Source: Podarcis melisellensis
Taxonomy: Eukaryota
NCBI GenBank assembly: GCA_964234715.1
Contig: OZ174275.1
Direction: 5' to 3' (one strand)
Length of the DNA stretch: 64,000 nucleotides
Below the pieces are notes generated by a model. The model did no database searches, was not told the origin of the DNA, and saw nothing but the letters and a program-made list of their open reading frames with translations. Numbering within the stretch: position 1 is the stretch's first letter; every line of letters begins with the position of its first letter. This document shows, in pieces, positions 48,701-59,641 of this stretch. The position numbers and the translations under genes are program-made.

Positions 48701-51700
48701 ATACACAACTAAGGACTCAGCTATACAGTTACAAATAAAACGTTTTAAGTGTGTTTCAAGTGCAATATACAATGTGACACTATATGGTGATGGTGAGCCT
48801 TATGGAAAATTCAATGAATTTTTTAAAACACTTTTTTAAAAAAAGCATTTTCAGAACAGTTTTTATATGTGTATAGATTCTACCTAAATCATATTCAGAG
48901 AGATCCACTGAAATAAGTAAATTAGTTACTTGAGTCTACTGATTGCAAACCATAAATCCTCACTCACAGGAGAGTGGCCTCCAGAAGACACCAGGGCATC
49001 ACATATAACCCAGAATAATTGTAATTAGATTACAATGGTAAATAGCTGAAACATAACTCTGTCCAATAAATCTATGCATAGCATAGCTTTAGCTTAAATA
49101 AAGACTTATGCCAGATACAAACTTAGGTAAGTACAAACTGTTGGTAATCTGAGATAATAAGATACATCTACAATCCTTTTATATTTGTTGGAAGCCACCC
49201 AAAGTGGCTGGGGGTAAGGTAACCTAGTCAGAAGGGTGGGTTACACATTGTGCTCACAGTAAAAGTTACTACACAGAAGCAGAGCCAGTAAGGTCCAGAT
49301 CTTTTACTGTTGCAGACTGAGCAAACAGAAAAATAACTTCCAGTTTGCAGGCTTTTCATATACAGATACAGAGTGTCCCTGTTGCTCTAATTCCAAGGCT
49401 TCAACTGCAATAGTAACATCAACACAAAACTAGCTGGCATGCCTTAATCACATCAATATAACTAGAGTTCCAAGGCCATTACCACAGCAACTGGCTCATT
49501 TGACCTTACACCTCACACATCAGGTGATTTATGCCCATCAAGGAAATTCCTTCCTTCCTATGCCCAGCTACTCCAACACAAACCTATACCAGTTAGCATA
49601 AGAATCTCATGCACTGCAAGGACTCACTTAACTCAGACATCCTCAGTTAAACTAATAGGTGGTAGGCAAATTCTGATTCCAAGGAAGATGGCAAAAATCC
49701 TGACTGAATAATCTTAACACCGTATGGACACCAACAGTTGCCCCCAAACTAAGGTTGTAATCCTATACACATTTGCCTAGAAATAAGACCCACTGAAAAC
49801 TAGCCAATAAGAAGATCTGTTTAGCTTTATGCTGTTAAGTTTGTTGAACTTTAGTTGAAGTACAGTCCCATTGATTTTCGTGTAATCAAAGTATTGTCTA
49901 AGTACAGCTAAATTAGTCTGGACCCCTGACTATTAAGTCCAGTCACAGACGACTCTGGGGTTGTGGCGCTCATCTCGCTTTACAGGTCAAGGAAGCTGGC
50001 GTTTGTCCGCAGTTTTTCTGGGTCATGTGGCCAACAAGACTAAGCCGCTTCTGGTGCAATGAAACACCGAAACCAGAGCAGCGGAAACGCAGTTTGTCTT
50101 CCCGCTGTAGTGGTACCTATTTATCTACTTGAACTTTTTGGCATGCTTTCGAACTGCTAGGTTGACAGGAGCTGGGACTGAGCAACGGGAGCTTACCCTG
50201 TCGCAGGGATTTGAACCGCTGACCTTCTGATCGGCAAGCCCAAGAGGCTCAGTGGTTTAGACCACAGCGCCACCCACGTCCTGCCTTGGGGCTATAAAAT
50301 GAGATAAAAGTGTTCCAAAAAAAGAACAAACAGATGCTGGACCAAGACTTTAGGATTACTGGGGATATTTAATTCTTCCAGAGTAGTCATATTATCACTT
50401 TAGAACCATACTACTTTTAATGATGGCTGATGAACTAATTAATTGGTGATGTGCCCAGGAATTTATTTGCCTAACACTTGCCCTTGTAAGTAGTACATCA
50501 TTTTAAGTCTTAGCAATTAAATCCAATCACCAGATATAACAAGTCACTCTTGTCAGAAACTGTAGGAGAAATCCTACATACACTGAACGCTTCAAACCAA
50601 GAGAAGAGATGTATTGTATCTTCGTATTATTTTATGGTATTTTATGCTTTATTGTATTGCAAATGCACATTATGTTGTATACTTCCTTCCTATTTTAAAA
50701 TAAAAATACAGAAATATAACTGGCCTATCACAACATATGAAATCCATAGAATGGTCAGAATAGAATGTAAAGGAGGTGTTGGTGCTTTGTGTGTCAGTGG
50801 GATACAGAATCCAAAATTGAGAAATAGAAAAACAAACTTATGAGTAGAGAACAGCACAGCAAAAGAGTAAGTAAAATATAAGGAACACACTTAATATTAA
50901 ACCATAGTTTAAAATGAACTATGGTTTAGCACAATGTGTATGCTGTTTAAAAGTCCACACCAGGGCTCCCCAGCTCACAGCTTTATTGCACCAGGGAGGA
51001 AACAAACCAGAAGCTGGCTTTGCATTATGTATAAACCTACTCTCATGGTTTGTTTATCTCCAGACAAATTATGAGTGCTGGTTCACATGCCAGTCTCTGC
51101 TTTGTTTCCTCCTTGGCACACCGGTCAAAAGTGGGGGATCAGCATAGTGAGGACTTCTGAGCAGCATGCAACAGAATTTATTTTTAACATTACATGCAAA
51201 CTGGGCTAATATCACTCCCCTATCCCAAACTTTGATGGTGATCTTTAAATGCAAAAGGTACTTAGGTAGGCAATTGAAACAGAAGATGAAATAATAGTGG
51301 GTTACTTCAGCCACCCCTAAACTGGCTGGGTAACAAGTCATGGCAGAGTCAAAATTTCTAGATAGAAAGAGTTTGGATCCTAATTGCCTGGGACTGGCAA
51401 CACTGATCAAATCTCTGTCAAACTCAACATTCAAAAGATCAGAAAACTGCCAACAAATTCAACACAGTCATACTTAATTTAAAACAAAAGGATCTGCAAA
51501 AACAAAGAGGATTCCTATTAAACTGAAGAGAGAACAAACTCTGGCAAACTGAATGCAAATCAACAATAAAACAAGCAAAAATCAACAACCTGAGAGACAC
51601 ACTGAAGTTATTAAAATAAATATTAAACAAAACTAAGACTCACAACATAATGTTACAATGTGGAGTGCTCAGTCTCTAAACTGTTCCCTCCTCCTTCAGG

Positions 51701-52105
51701 GACACTCCGTTCTTCCCCTTTTCAGATATTTGTTTAAACCTAACAGATGCCCCTCAACATTCTGCAATCACTGAACATGCTCAGTCTTCACTGGGCTGTT
51801 TTGGGAAAGTTCCCACCCATCTATGCTCTTTTTCCTAAAGTTTTTTTCTACCTCTGCAATCTTTGGATACCTTTGAACATGAAAATACCTCCATCTTAGT
51901 TTGCAGCTGTCCCATTTTGATTACAATCCTCTCAACACTCACCAACTGAGATTGTGATATGATCAGAACACACTCTACAGAGAAAACCAACTAGTGGAGG
52001 TAGCAGAAACATTTAAGATGATAAAGGTGTAAAAAGAATACTGAAGGACTATAGCAAAACTGCAAAAATTATTATTTCTATCGGTCAAAATTGTTGGTCA
52101 GTTAA

Positions 52106-52136
<31 letters not shown>

Positions 52137-55100
52137 TGTAATAGTATTAAAGTCAACCTTCTTATCTAAAATGCATTTGATATAAAGAGGGCATCCAGGT
52201 AGTTACAGACCTGCCAGCCCAATTTCAGTTCCATATAAAATGAAAGAAAGCATTAAGAACTGTCAAACATAAAAACAAGAAGTCTTACTAAAAGAGGGTA
52301 AGTATTGCTTCAACAAAGGGAAATATAAACTTTCTACATTTCTTTTGAGGATACATATTACAGATGACCAAAAGGTTTTTGGCTAAGTCATTTGGTCAAT
52401 GTATAAGTGGAGAGACTCTTACAGATTAGGATAAAAAATAAAGAAGATGAGGACGTAGTGATAAAATGGGCAGGAAGGGACATAGGAAGTTGCTTTATAC
52501 CAAGTCAGAACACTGGTCTATCTACCTCAGTACTGTCTACACTGAATGACAGTAACCCCTCCAAGCAGGAGTGTTTCTCAGTCCTATATCTAAAGACTGA
52601 AAATGCAACCACTTGCTAGCAAAACATGTGCTCTACTACGGAGTCACCATTTACACAACAGAGGGACAATGGATCCCACAGAGATCTTTATAGGGGCTTG
52701 CTGGGTTATATTATTAATAATTCATCTGCAATAGGATTGAACAATGTGGCAGTTACGTCTGTAGATGACACCTAATTAGTTAGGATGGTAATATCCCAGG
52801 CAGTTGTGAAAAGCTTTAAAAAGAATTTATCCAAAATGGAAAATAAGGATTAAAATACAAGTACCTAAGATTCCATGTAAGCAAAATGTGATGCGTATGA
52901 TTTCAAAAAACTATAACCTTATTATATGCATACTAGTGGCACATAATCTGGCTGCAACTACTCAGGAAATAAAGACAGTCACTGGTTGAGATGAGTTTAT
53001 AAAAGGAGTAGACTAATTCATGGAGAACAAACTTATGAAAGTGTAGTATCTTGACAAGTAAACAGTATCCATGATACAGAGTCAATCAGTCTCTCTCTCT
53101 CTGTATGAGATGCTGCCAAGCAGGGTGGGGAAGAAATACAAGGTGCCTATCACCAGCATTGTCTGATCCACAGTGGATAAATAAGACTAGACTTATCTCT
53201 GTGAATTATGGTTTGCTCCAGCATGGCAATCCTTATGGTCTTAAAGCTTGATCCTAATATGGAGATGTTACTGTTTTACAGTGTTGGAAATATGTAATGC
53301 AACTTCTTCCTGAACGCAAAGTCAACACAGAAGCACAAATAATTATACTGCGTTATCGTTTGGTACCTTCAAGTAATGAAGATACCCAAAGGAAGCTCTG
53401 AATAGCATTACCTTCTTTGAGACTTTCCACTCCACATACAGACATCCCCCAATGCACACGGCATTTCCACAAGATGATTAAACTCCACATGACAGAACGC
53501 TAAACATTCTGAACTGGACGTCAAAACGGCCAGCCATTTGCTAGCAAAACATGTGCTCTACTACAGGGTCACCATTTACAGAACAGAGGGACAATGGATC
53601 CCACAGAGATCTTTATAGGCTCTTGCAGTTCATTTCTGATTCATTTACATTTATCTCCTCAACCTATGCTGAAGATGCAAGGAAGATTTATACACTTGCT
53701 ATGAAATGTATTTAAAAAAAACTTCAATACTTTGTTAAGAAAAGCACATAAACCCAATGACTGTTGTCTTTAAGGTTTGCATCAGGGCCATGTAAACCAC
53801 AACTGATCAGCAAAAGGTCTCATAAATCATCCGTGTTCTAAGCCTACTGCACCAGGACCCTATTTTTTTCAATCAGTCCTTCCAGACAATCTGAAATGAC
53901 AAAAGAATGAACACAACACATAATGACACCTCTGTGCACAGCATACCTTGGGCTCAACAGATGACAAAGGAAGGTCATCACCTTTGGGCTGCGGTAATTT
54001 GGGCTCAGAAAGCAAAGGGGGGTCAGAAAGCACATCAGAAATGGGTATTTCCCTTTCTTCTTGCCTCTGCTCAGGAGCATCATTTACCACTCCTAGACCT
54101 GATGGCAGCTGCTGTCCCAGTGCATGTGCTTTTGCCTTTTGCTGCAGAGTAAGCAGATGCTGTTGATACCAAAATTGCTGCTGTTCCTATAACAAAAAAG
54201 ATGAGAAGTACAGTAGTATCTCGCCTTAAGAGACAAGGTCATACCCTAGAAAGAAAGCTACATTAACCACTGAAAAATGGCAAATGTGCCTCATTTTCAA
54301 AGGACACTTGGACCTACTTTTGAAAAAAACCAGAGTAGCATCCAACACTGCAGTCTCGTTTGTTCAGCAGACTTCTGAATGAACAATGTAAGTTATCCTC
54401 CTTCTTCTGCCACACCAGCAAGCCCCTGTGTGCCCTCAAAGTCTGCTTGAGAGAATTGGAGAACCCTCTGAAACAAATTTTGGGGTTACACAGAAGGAAG
54501 GGGAGGTCCCATTCCACAAGAGGAAATTTTCTGGCACAGCACTGGATACGACCCCAGGTTGCTACATCTATTCCTTTGGAGTAAGGATCAAAAGGCACAA
54601 TGAAAATGTAAGCCTTTAATAGGATTTTAATTATGGAATGGTTTTGTAATTGGTGGCCTTTAATCTGTCAATAATCATAACATTTTTATCATTTTTTCTT
54701 AAACATCGAGTGTCCATGTTTCCTTTATTTTACTTCCTTTCATTATGACTGATTCTGTTTTTCAATCTGGCCTAGGGTACAGTATTGTCAGAAGGGCAGG
54801 GCAAGAAAGTTTCAAATAAATTCATATATAAATAACAGGAAAATGGGGTTTATAGTTTTAAAATTACTTTAGTACTGTGATTTATACTGTTTTATGTACA
54901 TTGTTTCAGAATAAATCTCAAGGTGGAACATCAGATAAAGCAATTCAGAATAAAACAAATTCAAGATTTAAAGAAAACATTCCAGATCCTTCAAGCGACA
55001 TTTTGATTTCCCCAGTCACCAATCTAGTATCCAGCAATCTGCATGTGGTTGCAAATGGACCTGTAACAGTGGCAAAATGCGCTTGGCTAATTTCTAACAT

Positions 55101-58100
55101 TCTCAGAAGTGGGCTGGTCTGGCCCATGGTGACCCTCCTAAGGACGACTTGCACAAGTGGGGACATTAATACTTACACCCCTGTCGTCCCATACATGCAA
55201 GAAGCTCAGGAAGAACCCAGCACCAATTTTTTAAGCATTTCAATGACCTGTACAAACCAGTGATATCAGACTTGTGCTTATATGCTTGCTTAAGCAAGGA
55301 ACATGTCCCCCCCCCCAGATTCTACAGTAAAAAACACCTTTGTGCAGGTTACACTTTTATTCTGCTTCAGATTAACCCTTTTGTCTGCCCTGGGTCTGTT
55401 GTAGCCCCATTTTTCTTTAGCACCTGTTGGTGCTAAAGGCACCAACTGTATTTGTTTTCTATCAAAATATGTATAAACACAGGGAGAATCTTATAACATG
55501 TTGGATGTCAAAATGCTACTTAGATGAGTGCTAAAATATGGAGAAATGCATACAACCATGATTGGCTTTGTCTTCATCTGCAGTTGCTTTGTAGCTTCAC
55601 TCCAATTACTGTACTCTGTAGCTACAAAGACCCATCTCTGCTGTAATACTAATTTTTCACCATTTCCTGATTCTTTGCTTAAAGGAAGGTGATGTTTAAA
55701 TAAATTCTACAAACATTTAAAATTGTATTTATGATAAGTGTTTCAAAGAGGTCAATAAAACATTTCTCTCTTTCTTTGGAGCTATTCTCATTCTCTTGTA
55801 GGGAGGATTCAGGTCTTTAAAAAAAAGCCTGCAGAAATTTTGCTTTCTTAAGTTTTGAAAGCAAAATTATATAGAGAGAATCCTCTTCTGATACCTCTGA
55901 ACTCATCAGTTATTATAGATTGGCCATTTCTGTTTTCTGGTTAATTATTTAAAACTGTGATGATTGTGATGTGTGCACATGTCCACATGCACTCATTTCT
56001 AATAACATTTATTTATCTGTGAAACTGATTAACATGAAAAACCCCTCTTTATTCATTTTTCATACTAGACTACAGAACACATAGAATATGATTGGGTCGC
56101 ATAGATATATGGTCTCCGTATCAGGATTACTTACACTATATAAAGTTTACACTGTAAACATCTGGGCAACTACTGATTGCAGAAAAATTAAAGATGTGCC
56201 AGTACAGCCAATACTGCATATATCTAATTTCCCTTTTCTTCAAAATTCCTGTTTTCTGTCTGAGCGATCAGAACAGCCCCAATCCCCTGTGTTGTTTATT
56301 GAGAAAGTCTCACTGAGATCAATGGGACATACAATGCAATCCTTACCCCCAGATACAGTAGTTAGGAAGTGGTATATCTCCCCAAATTAAACCAGTAGAA
56401 GCTATGTCAGTGTAAAAGACAAAAGAAGGGTTCTGTCAAGGGGGGTGGTGAATGGGTATGTTGAAGGCATGTAGAGAGATAACAAAATTGCACTGCATCC
56501 TAACACTGTCTATCCATTGGTTCCACTCCCACCCACAGAACCTGACATAATTTACATCACCCAACATGCAGGTATAATAACTAAATTCACCCCAGGAGAC
56601 AATGGAAGGGCAGAAAATGCAGGTTTAGACCGCTACCCCTCCTTCTACCAGAAGCAGTAAGAATACAGCTGATCTGCTGACTAATTATTAGTAAGATTTG
56701 ACCTCCTAATAGCTTAAGAAATGATTTTATCAATATGATAAAATGATATGCGTGGCTGGGGAAACCCAGCCAGATGGACGGGGTATAAAAATTAAATAAT
56801 AATAAATTATTATGATGACTCAACTAACAGGTCAGTAATCTACCCCTATCACTTGGTATAGAAATCTTACAATTAAAGATCTGAAAACTGGCTTGAGAAC
56901 TGGTTCACAAACTGGCTTACTCTCAGCAATCAAAATCTTAAACAAATACAAATGAAAATGTACTGTACAATGTAACATAAAAGTTAGGACATATCCCTTT
57001 TTCTCCCTGCCTTACACCTAACTGAGCTTAAACAAATTGCATAGAAGGAGAAAAAAGAATCTGAGCATGCACCATTCTGAATCCCTGCTCCAACCTCACA
57101 GGATACTAGCATCAATGAAGTATACATTTTTCATTCTTTCCATCTTAGAAATTTTCAACTGTTACATGAAGAAATTACAGATCTGCTCTGCAAAACGCTT
57201 CAAAGAAAGGCACCCCTTTCTTTTCCACTTCTCATATACTCTCATGTATTTTTCACAGGAATTGTAAAATTAATGTTAGATCATTATGGGGTGGCAAGTC
57301 TGCCTGGATACGTGTGCCTAAGTGCTAATTCCCTTTTGTACAGTTATAAACAAAGCACCACAATAATTATTAATACTAGCTATATATGCATGGAACAAGA
57401 ATACCACAGAGTTCAGAGAATAGTAGAAAACACACAGGCAAATATCACATGTGTTATTTTCCCCTCCAGCATTCTCCCTTATAGTAAAGTATGCACTGGA
57501 ACTGCATGGTATATCACTGACAGCAATCCTATGACTATCAGGTTGAGATACCTTTTCTGAAGGTAACTAAATAGGAAAATAAAATCACTGCTGTCATTCC
57601 CTCATCAATTGTGAGTGACTGAAATGGACATGGAGCCCCAGGGAGTGAAATGCTTACATCACAATCCAAGGTACATAATTCTATACCAGCCCCTTTCAAA
57701 TGCCACGAAAATCATAGTTAGAAACAAACTATGGCTTGCTGTGAATGAGCAAAATGTTCAAATCATACTCGCTCTGCTCCTAAAGGAGGAAATGAATCTT
57801 ATTTCAAATCAAAAAAGGAAAGGAATAACAGCACAAGCCTTCTCAGAAGTGCTTTCGTAGTCCCCAACACATGGGACTGCCTGTGATTTTCAGAGTTGAA
57901 AATCATTCCGCTTAACTCTGAGGCACTCAGTTTCTCAAAAAGACAAACAAAAACCCAATGTTCTAGGCCTGAGGCTTCTTAGCTTCAATTAAGCCCCCCC
58001 CATCCACTTTTTGAAACAAAAAATATAAAGGTGCATTAAAGCCAATTTATTTGTTACTGTTTTCTAAAACGAAAGCACTTCCTTCAAAGAAAAGATATGA

Positions 58101-59641
58101 ACTTATGCATGCTTGTCCAGGCAGACTTAGCGCCCACATGGCGCTAACCTGTGAGTTTTCACATTTCCTACACAAAAGTCCTTTTTTGTTTGGGAAAAGC
58201 ATAATTTATCAAGCAGCCCCAATATGACAGTAGAAAATAAATAACTCAGCAAATAAATGAAAGTAGGAATGCCAGCAGCTCCTCCCCACTCATCAGATGG
58301 CCATTCTGATAACCAGGAAGGAGATAATTTGCATCATCAGGGCATTGGGTTGGGCAGTTTAAAATCCCTCCTCTCTTTTCATCCAGGATTGTGTGCACTT
58401 TTTAACCACCATCAAAACTGGTGAGGTCTCTCTCATGGGTCTAGTCAAGACTAGGCTCCTGGGTGGGAGGTCAGTTATCTTTGCTTTAGACCCTATGGCC
58501 TAATTTTAACCAAGATGCCTGCTATTTAAATGAGAATCTGCTATTCCATCTCGTCAATTTTATCTTACTCCAACTCCCACCTATGCACATCTCACCCCTG
58601 GGTCCTATCGAGCTATTCAAACTACGGCGGGCACATCAGTCTTACCTGGGTGGTCATTGTGGAGGGGTCTGCGTGCAGGGCGGCTTGCTGTCGTTCACAC
58701 CTAATATCTATGTCTGGACCACTGCCCTGTCTTAACTCCTGAGGTTCAAGAGCAGGCTGAGGAATCTGGGATGGGGCGAAGCGCGAGTCGGATGGAGTAA
58801 CGGGCTGGCCCGGTTGGCAGGCTGAGGTCTGGGGCGTGGGTGGGTAAGCCTGGGACTGGTAAGGCTGAGCAACGGCTGGAGGAGGGTGTTCCGAAAAGGT
58901 GCGTGGAGCTGCCTTAGGCAACTTCGAATGGGGTTGGTAGGGCTGCGACGAGGAGTTCTGTGGCGGCAGAGCCTGAGACATGTAAGGGTCCGTCTCAAGG
59001 GAGGGTCCTGGGGGCATGTACGGCTGGGCAGGTGACTGTGGCGGAGAGGACAGGTCCATGTCCATATCCATGCGAGGGCCGGCCGCGGGGCCATGGGGCT
59101 TCCACTCATCCCGAGGCGGCTCCTTGACATCCTCTCCGAGAGGCAGGGGAGGCCTCTGGGCATTGTGGAGCAGCGCGTCCCGCGGGAGAGGCGGCGGCGA
59201 GGGCTCGCGGTGCTTGAACGGCTTCGGGTAGCTGCGCGCCGAGGGCGGCCCTTGGGGCAGCGGCGGCTGCCAGGGAGCGGCGGGGGGAGCAGGAGCGGCG
59301 CTGGGCAGCGGCGGCGGCGGCAGGCTCGGCGGAGGCCCGCCGGGTGGCGGGGGAGGCCCGCCTAACAACACCGACTGCAGCTGCTTCTGGTGCATTTGCT
59401 GGAGCTGCTGCAGCTGGACCAGGTGCTGCTCCTGCAGGCTCAGGAAGCCGGACGCGCCGGCGGCGGCCGTCGCGGCGCCAGGAGCCGCCGCCGAAGCCGC
59501 GTAGCTGCCCAGAGCCGGCGGCGGCATGGCGCTGGGCAGCACCGCCGGAGGAGGCCCGGCCATGGGCGGCGGAGGCATCATGGTGGGCGGGGGAGGGTAA
59601 GCCCCAGGGGCCGCCCCGTACAAACCCCACGCCGGGAACAT
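9632..59641 (-). CDS. YLPM1: YLP motif-containing protein 1 (ZAP3), complete spliced CDS, 20 coding exons, 2296 aa
   Basis: Exons joined by GT-AG introns with consistent phases sum to 6891 nt. The protein has a Pro/Gln-rich N-terminus (MFPAWGLYG...), an RGG/RD-rich middle, a P-loop GLPGSGKT domain and the C-terminus KKRVRWADLEEKKDADRKRAIGFVVGQTDW...NRTKYI*, recognised as YLPM1. Lying next to FCF1 matches known vertebrate synteny. Confidence 0.97.
10918..11048 (-). CDS. YLPM1: YLPM1 exon 19 (131 nt)
   Basis: tctcag|DKLDGLRTGAKRKRDWEAIASRMEDYLQLPDDYDTRASEPGKKR|gtaata. Confidence 0.95.
14720..15020 (+). mobile_element. Decayed L2-type LINE fragment
   Basis: ctgccttccaatttgtttctaggcacaattc...atttatagagctcta...ggcttggggccagg resembles the L2 ORF2 3' part (LPI..R..FK..L.YKAL.GLGP). 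Confidence 0.5.
16671..16908. mobile_element. Degenerate Tc1/mariner-pogo-type MITE
   Basis: Ends tggaacctcgg ... ccgaggttcta, internal gacgttcg/ttccga repeats, CpG-rich. Confidence 0.6.
16930..17155. mobile_element. MITE family A copy 1 (Tc1/mariner-pogo type)
   Basis: TA TSD; TIR CAGTGGTACCTCAGGTTA...TAACCTGAGGTACCACTG; homologous to 27058 and 31707. Confidence 0.9.
18110..18161 (-). CDS. YLPM1: YLPM1 exon 18 (52 nt)
   Basis: atttag|GYIPKSKWEMDTSEAKL G|gtgggt. Confidence 0.93.
19590..19830 (+). mobile_element. Decayed L2-type LINE fragment
   Basis: YMGLPLK...VQNT.AR...EHI.P...LH.L.I...IEFKV.VLTFKAL pattern of L2 ORF2. Confidence 0.7.
21190..21960 (+). mobile_element. 5'-truncated CR1 LINE
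   Basis: KWQMHFNVKKSKVIH, IVRPHLEY..FW.P.LKKDIVELEKVQERATKM: CR1 ORF2 C-terminal motifs with frameshifts. Confidence 0.88.
23466..23752 (-). mobile_element. 5'-truncated Bov-B (RTE) LINE
   Basis: LRLQYFGHLMRREDSLEKTLMLGKMEGTRRRGRQRTRWLD...VHGVTKSRTRL, (CAA)n tail, 13-bp TSD atatacatataca (23453-23465 / 23753-23765). Confidence 0.93.
23776..23826. repeat. (TG)n/(TGCG)n microsatellite
   Basis: Direct reading of the sequence. Confidence 0.9.
24780..25150 (+). mobile_element. RTE-clade LINE 3' fragment (not Bov-B)
   Basis: GGQQKRFKDSLKANLKKCSI...ETLACE.SNWR, then CPHCGRTC.SRIGL.SH zinc-finger-like end and (GAA)n tail. Confidence 0.8.
26259..26342 (-). CDS. YLPM1: YLPM1 exon 17 (84 nt)
   Basis: tcctag|VEMEDFDANIEDQKDENKKDAEEEESEL|gtagga. 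Confidence 0.95.
27058..27265. mobile_element. MITE family A copy 2
   Basis: TA TSD; CAGTGGTACCTC TIRs; same orientation as and nearly identical to 16930. Confidence 0.9.
27331..27414 (-). CDS. YLPM1: YLPM1 exon 16 (84 nt)
   Basis: ttccag|MADHWETAPRHMIRLDIRSLLQDAAIEE|gtgaga. Confidence 0.95.
27589..27672 (-). CDS. YLPM1: YLPM1 exon 15 (84 nt)
   Basis: ttctag|VYLAEITADNQTCCKRNVHGRKLKEISK|gtaact. Confidence 0.94.
28450..28590 (-). mobile_element. Old tRNA-headed SINE fragment (Squam3-like)
   Basis: ttggtccatctagctcag...cccagccctacctg...ccagggactgaacctg; homologous to 40555, 52480 and 62250. Confidence 0.55.
28757..28933 (-). CDS. YLPM1: YLPM1 exon 14 (177 nt)
   Basis: gagcag|ILEYEYEADMEEIYRASLFKTFKKTLDDGFFPFIILDAIND...KTKGFE|gtaaac. 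Confidence 0.95.
29529..29648 (-). CDS. YLPM1: YLPM1 exon 13 (120 nt)
   Basis: cccag|DKEVECGGAAPRVLSLDDYFITEIEKEERDPDTKKRVKKK|gtactc. Confidence 0.95.
29919..29981 (-). CDS. YLPM1: YLPM1 exon 12 (63 nt, Walker A)
   Basis: ttttag|IVIIMRGLPGSGKTHVAKLIR|gtgagt. Confidence 0.96.
30456..30610 (-). CDS. YLPM1: YLPM1 exon 11 (155 nt)
   Basis: tttag|GDRRNYPEERMP...KNVDDILKPPGRESRPER|gtgagt. Confidence 0.94.
31101..31466 (-). mobile_element. Sauria SINE, young, full-length
   Basis: Head GGGACGCAGGTGGCGCTGTGGGTTAAAGCC, B-box GGTTCGAATCCC, (ACCTTT)n tail, 14-bp TSD tctaattaggaaag (31087-31100 / 31470-31483). Confidence 0.92.
31707..31929. mobile_element. MITE family A copy 3 (inverted relative to copies 1 and 2)
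   Basis: TA TSD; CAGTGGTACCTC TIRs; internal sequence is the reverse complement of 16930/27058. Confidence 0.9.
32767..32900 (-). CDS. YLPM1: YLPM1 exon 10 (134 nt; tandem acceptor possible)
   Basis: ttagcag|G PSPSRAQSYRDKDHSNSRRGGFERQSYDRK...PPMFG G|gtataa. Confidence 0.88.
33383..33560 (-). CDS. YLPM1: YLPM1 exon 9 (178 nt)
   Basis: ttccag|EHPGQRDRYLKERDAYFERQ...ERYQRDD AG|gtatgt. Confidence 0.92.
34148..34240 (-). CDS. YLPM1: YLPM1 exon 8 (93 nt)
   Basis: gacag|DITSSKGGQIPYGERITLRPEAPHERQPFSK G|gtgggt. Confidence 0.92.
35921..36410 (-). CDS. YLPM1: YLPM1 exon 7 (490 nt)
   Basis: tttag|ASSEMHAE...QERWDEDSFQGLWD...QTVDYGHGHGHGQ G|gtgatt. Confidence 0.92.
37011..38691 (-). mobile_element. 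Non-autonomous L1-like retroelement (1.68 kb)
   Basis: 16-bp TSD atgttttgataatctc (36995-37010 / 38692-38707); AATAAA plus poly(A) at the left end; CpG-rich 5' end GACTTCCGGGTTGGCGCC...ATGGCG; no long ORF. Confidence 0.8.
38851..39254. mobile_element. MITE family B (Tc1/mariner-pogo type)
   Basis: TA TSD; CAGTGGTACCTCGCAAGACGAA...TTCGTCTTGCGGGGCACCACTG; internal cgcaagacgaa repeats. Confidence 0.88.
39547..39637 (-). CDS. YLPM1: YLPM1 exon 6 (91 nt)
   Basis: ctgcag|A EQKEHMKKMNEFVPELPPQEIPRARKDNFQ|gtaaat. Confidence 0.9.
40555..40640 (-). mobile_element. Old tRNA-headed SINE fragment (Squam3-like)
   Basis: ctggcagcagctctccaggg...gagatgccagggattgaacctggg (reverse-complement B-box). Confidence 0.6.
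40975..41331 (+). mobile_element. Sauria SINE, young, full-length
   Basis: GGGACGCGGGTGGCGCTGTGGGTTAAAGCC head, ACCTTTACCTTT tail, 9-bp TSD atgatcacc (40966-40974 / 41332-41340). Confidence 0.92.
41680..43785 (-). CDS. YLPM1: YLPM1 exon 5 (2106 nt)
   Basis: cacag|A FDAPRGRDF... in frame with the 637-aa ORF (RGG, SSRER repeats, PPLPPL, LSQRQHEIILKAAQELKML) CG|gtgagt. Confidence 0.94.
44960..45341 (+). mobile_element. Decayed L1 3' fragment
   Basis: LMVAKFLMLQYWKEE resembles the L1 ORF2 C-terminal AK..I...WK motif; ATTAAA and an A-run follow. Confidence 0.45.
45590..46863 (-). CDS. YLPM1: YLPM1 exon 4 (1274 nt)
   Basis: ggcag|TMSVDTQLQHYE...WEREFQQW...EGPRVS AG|gtaggt; phase 2 end fits exon 5. 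Confidence 0.92.
45871..46467 (-). repeat. Coding tandem repeat in YLPM1 exon 4 (7 units of 25-30 aa)
   Basis: Repeated K(V/A)TES...RPxLLPTP..SFSF units, visible in DNA and protein. Confidence 0.9.
47994..48185 (-). CDS. YLPM1: YLPM1 exon 3 (192 nt)
   Basis: ctccag|LSIEPPEDPEESLRLQQLQAAATQWQQH...SHLP|gtgagt. Confidence 0.93.
49920..50281 (-). mobile_element. Sauria SINE, older subfamily, tail lost
   Basis: Head GGACGTGGGTGGCGCTGTGGTCTAAACCACTGAGCC; homologous to the other two copies. Confidence 0.85.
52480..52640 (-). mobile_element. Old tRNA-headed SINE (Squam3-like), followed by decayed CR1 sequence to about 53060
   Basis: cataggaagttgctttataccaagtcagaacactggtctatctacctcag...; tctgtagatgacacc resembles the RT FADDT motif. 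Confidence 0.5.
53947..54186 (-). CDS. YLPM1: YLPM1 exon 2 (240 nt)
   Basis: ttatag|EQQQFWYQQHLLTLQQK...SSVEPK|gtatgc. Confidence 0.93.
56748..56815 (+). mobile_element. L2-type LINE 3' terminus
   Basis: gtggctggggaaacccagccagatggacggggtataa plus AT-rich tail; similar relic at about 49190-49245. Confidence 0.55.
58646..59641 (-). CDS. YLPM1: YLPM1 exon 1 (coding part, 996 nt)
   Basis: ORF MFPAWGLYG...DPSTMTTQ; donor CAG|gtaaga at 58645; phase 0. Confidence 0.95.
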
